Virus record (IMG/VR): IMGVR_UViG_3300027985_000918 | Location: 338,384 to 402,383 of that record | Strand: one strand, 5' to 3' | Length of the DNA stretch: 64,000 bases | Shown here: positions 63,739 through 64,000 of the stretch, one piece after another | Position numbering within the stretch: position 1 is the first letter of the stretch | Layout of the letters: every line of letters starts with the position of its first letter | The notes under the pieces: model-generated | What the model was told of the DNA's origin: nothing | The model's input: only the letters and a program-made list of their open reading frames with translations | The model's database searches: none | Position numbers and translations under genes: made by a program

Positions 63739-64000
63739 TTACCTGAGGCTTCGAGCTTTTGCCCAGGTCATCCTCATCTGGGCGATCCGATCCGTGTATG
63801 CCTTTTTCTTGCTCCTACGGGCGTCATTGGCATCCTGGATAGCTCGAAACGCTGTTGTGAGCTGGTTCAGAAGGGGATCGCCTCCGGACTGAAGGGGCTT
63901 TCCCGACTGTTCTCCCAAAACCTCGTGCTTGGCTTTGGACACTGCGTTGAAGACGGCATTGAACTCATCGTCAGGCAGCCCCTCCAGATGGTCCTGGAGC
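63739..64000 (-). CDS. Hypothetical protein, 5-prime truncated by the window edge
   Basis: Frame stays open to the end of the window (..DHLEGLPDDEFNAVFNAVSKAKH..). Confidence 0.5.
   Translation of the reverse strand, partial: LQDHLEGLPDDEFNAVFNAVSKAKHEVLGEQSGKPLQSGGDPLLNQLTTAFRAIQDANDARRSKKKAYTDRIAQMRMTWAKARSLR

Overview
A 64-kb segment of a large, GC-rich, uncharacterised tailed dsDNA phage genome. Almost every real gene is on the minus strand; the one exception is a sigma-factor fusion at 56209-57732. Most long plus-strand ORFs are antisense shadows. From 0.6 to 26 kb is the head module: HK97-type major capsid protein, probable decoration protein, acidic scaffold-like protein, prohead protease, a 1706-aa multidomain protein (2H phosphoesterase + zincin + KOW/SH3 + DNA topoisomerase IB), portal, terminase subunits and about 10 small virion-type proteins. 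From 26 to 54 kb is a bacterial-like replication and recombination module: tandem sigma-4 HTH protein, NusG, DnaX/HolA/HolB clamp loader, beta clamp, TOPRIM primase, split SbcC with SbcD, Cas4/AddB-like nuclease, RlaP-like nucleotidyltransferase, RecA, RuvC-like resolvase, probable SSB, RecD2 and a class II ribonucleotide reductase with two inteins. From 54 to 64 kb are two divergent sigma-like genes and an intein-containing SF2 helicase. The most striking signal is two short peptide motifs, KLAxxxPELRxHLxPLLR and R[VIL]Axx[YFWH], repeated on otherwise unrelated proteins (including a sigma-like factor and the helicase) and between the domains of the 1706-aa protein, often next to [KR]xA[SA] sites. 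I infer a modular capsid-cargo tagging and proteolytic release system for delivering enzymes from the virion. All annotations come from motif recognition by eye; no database searches were run.
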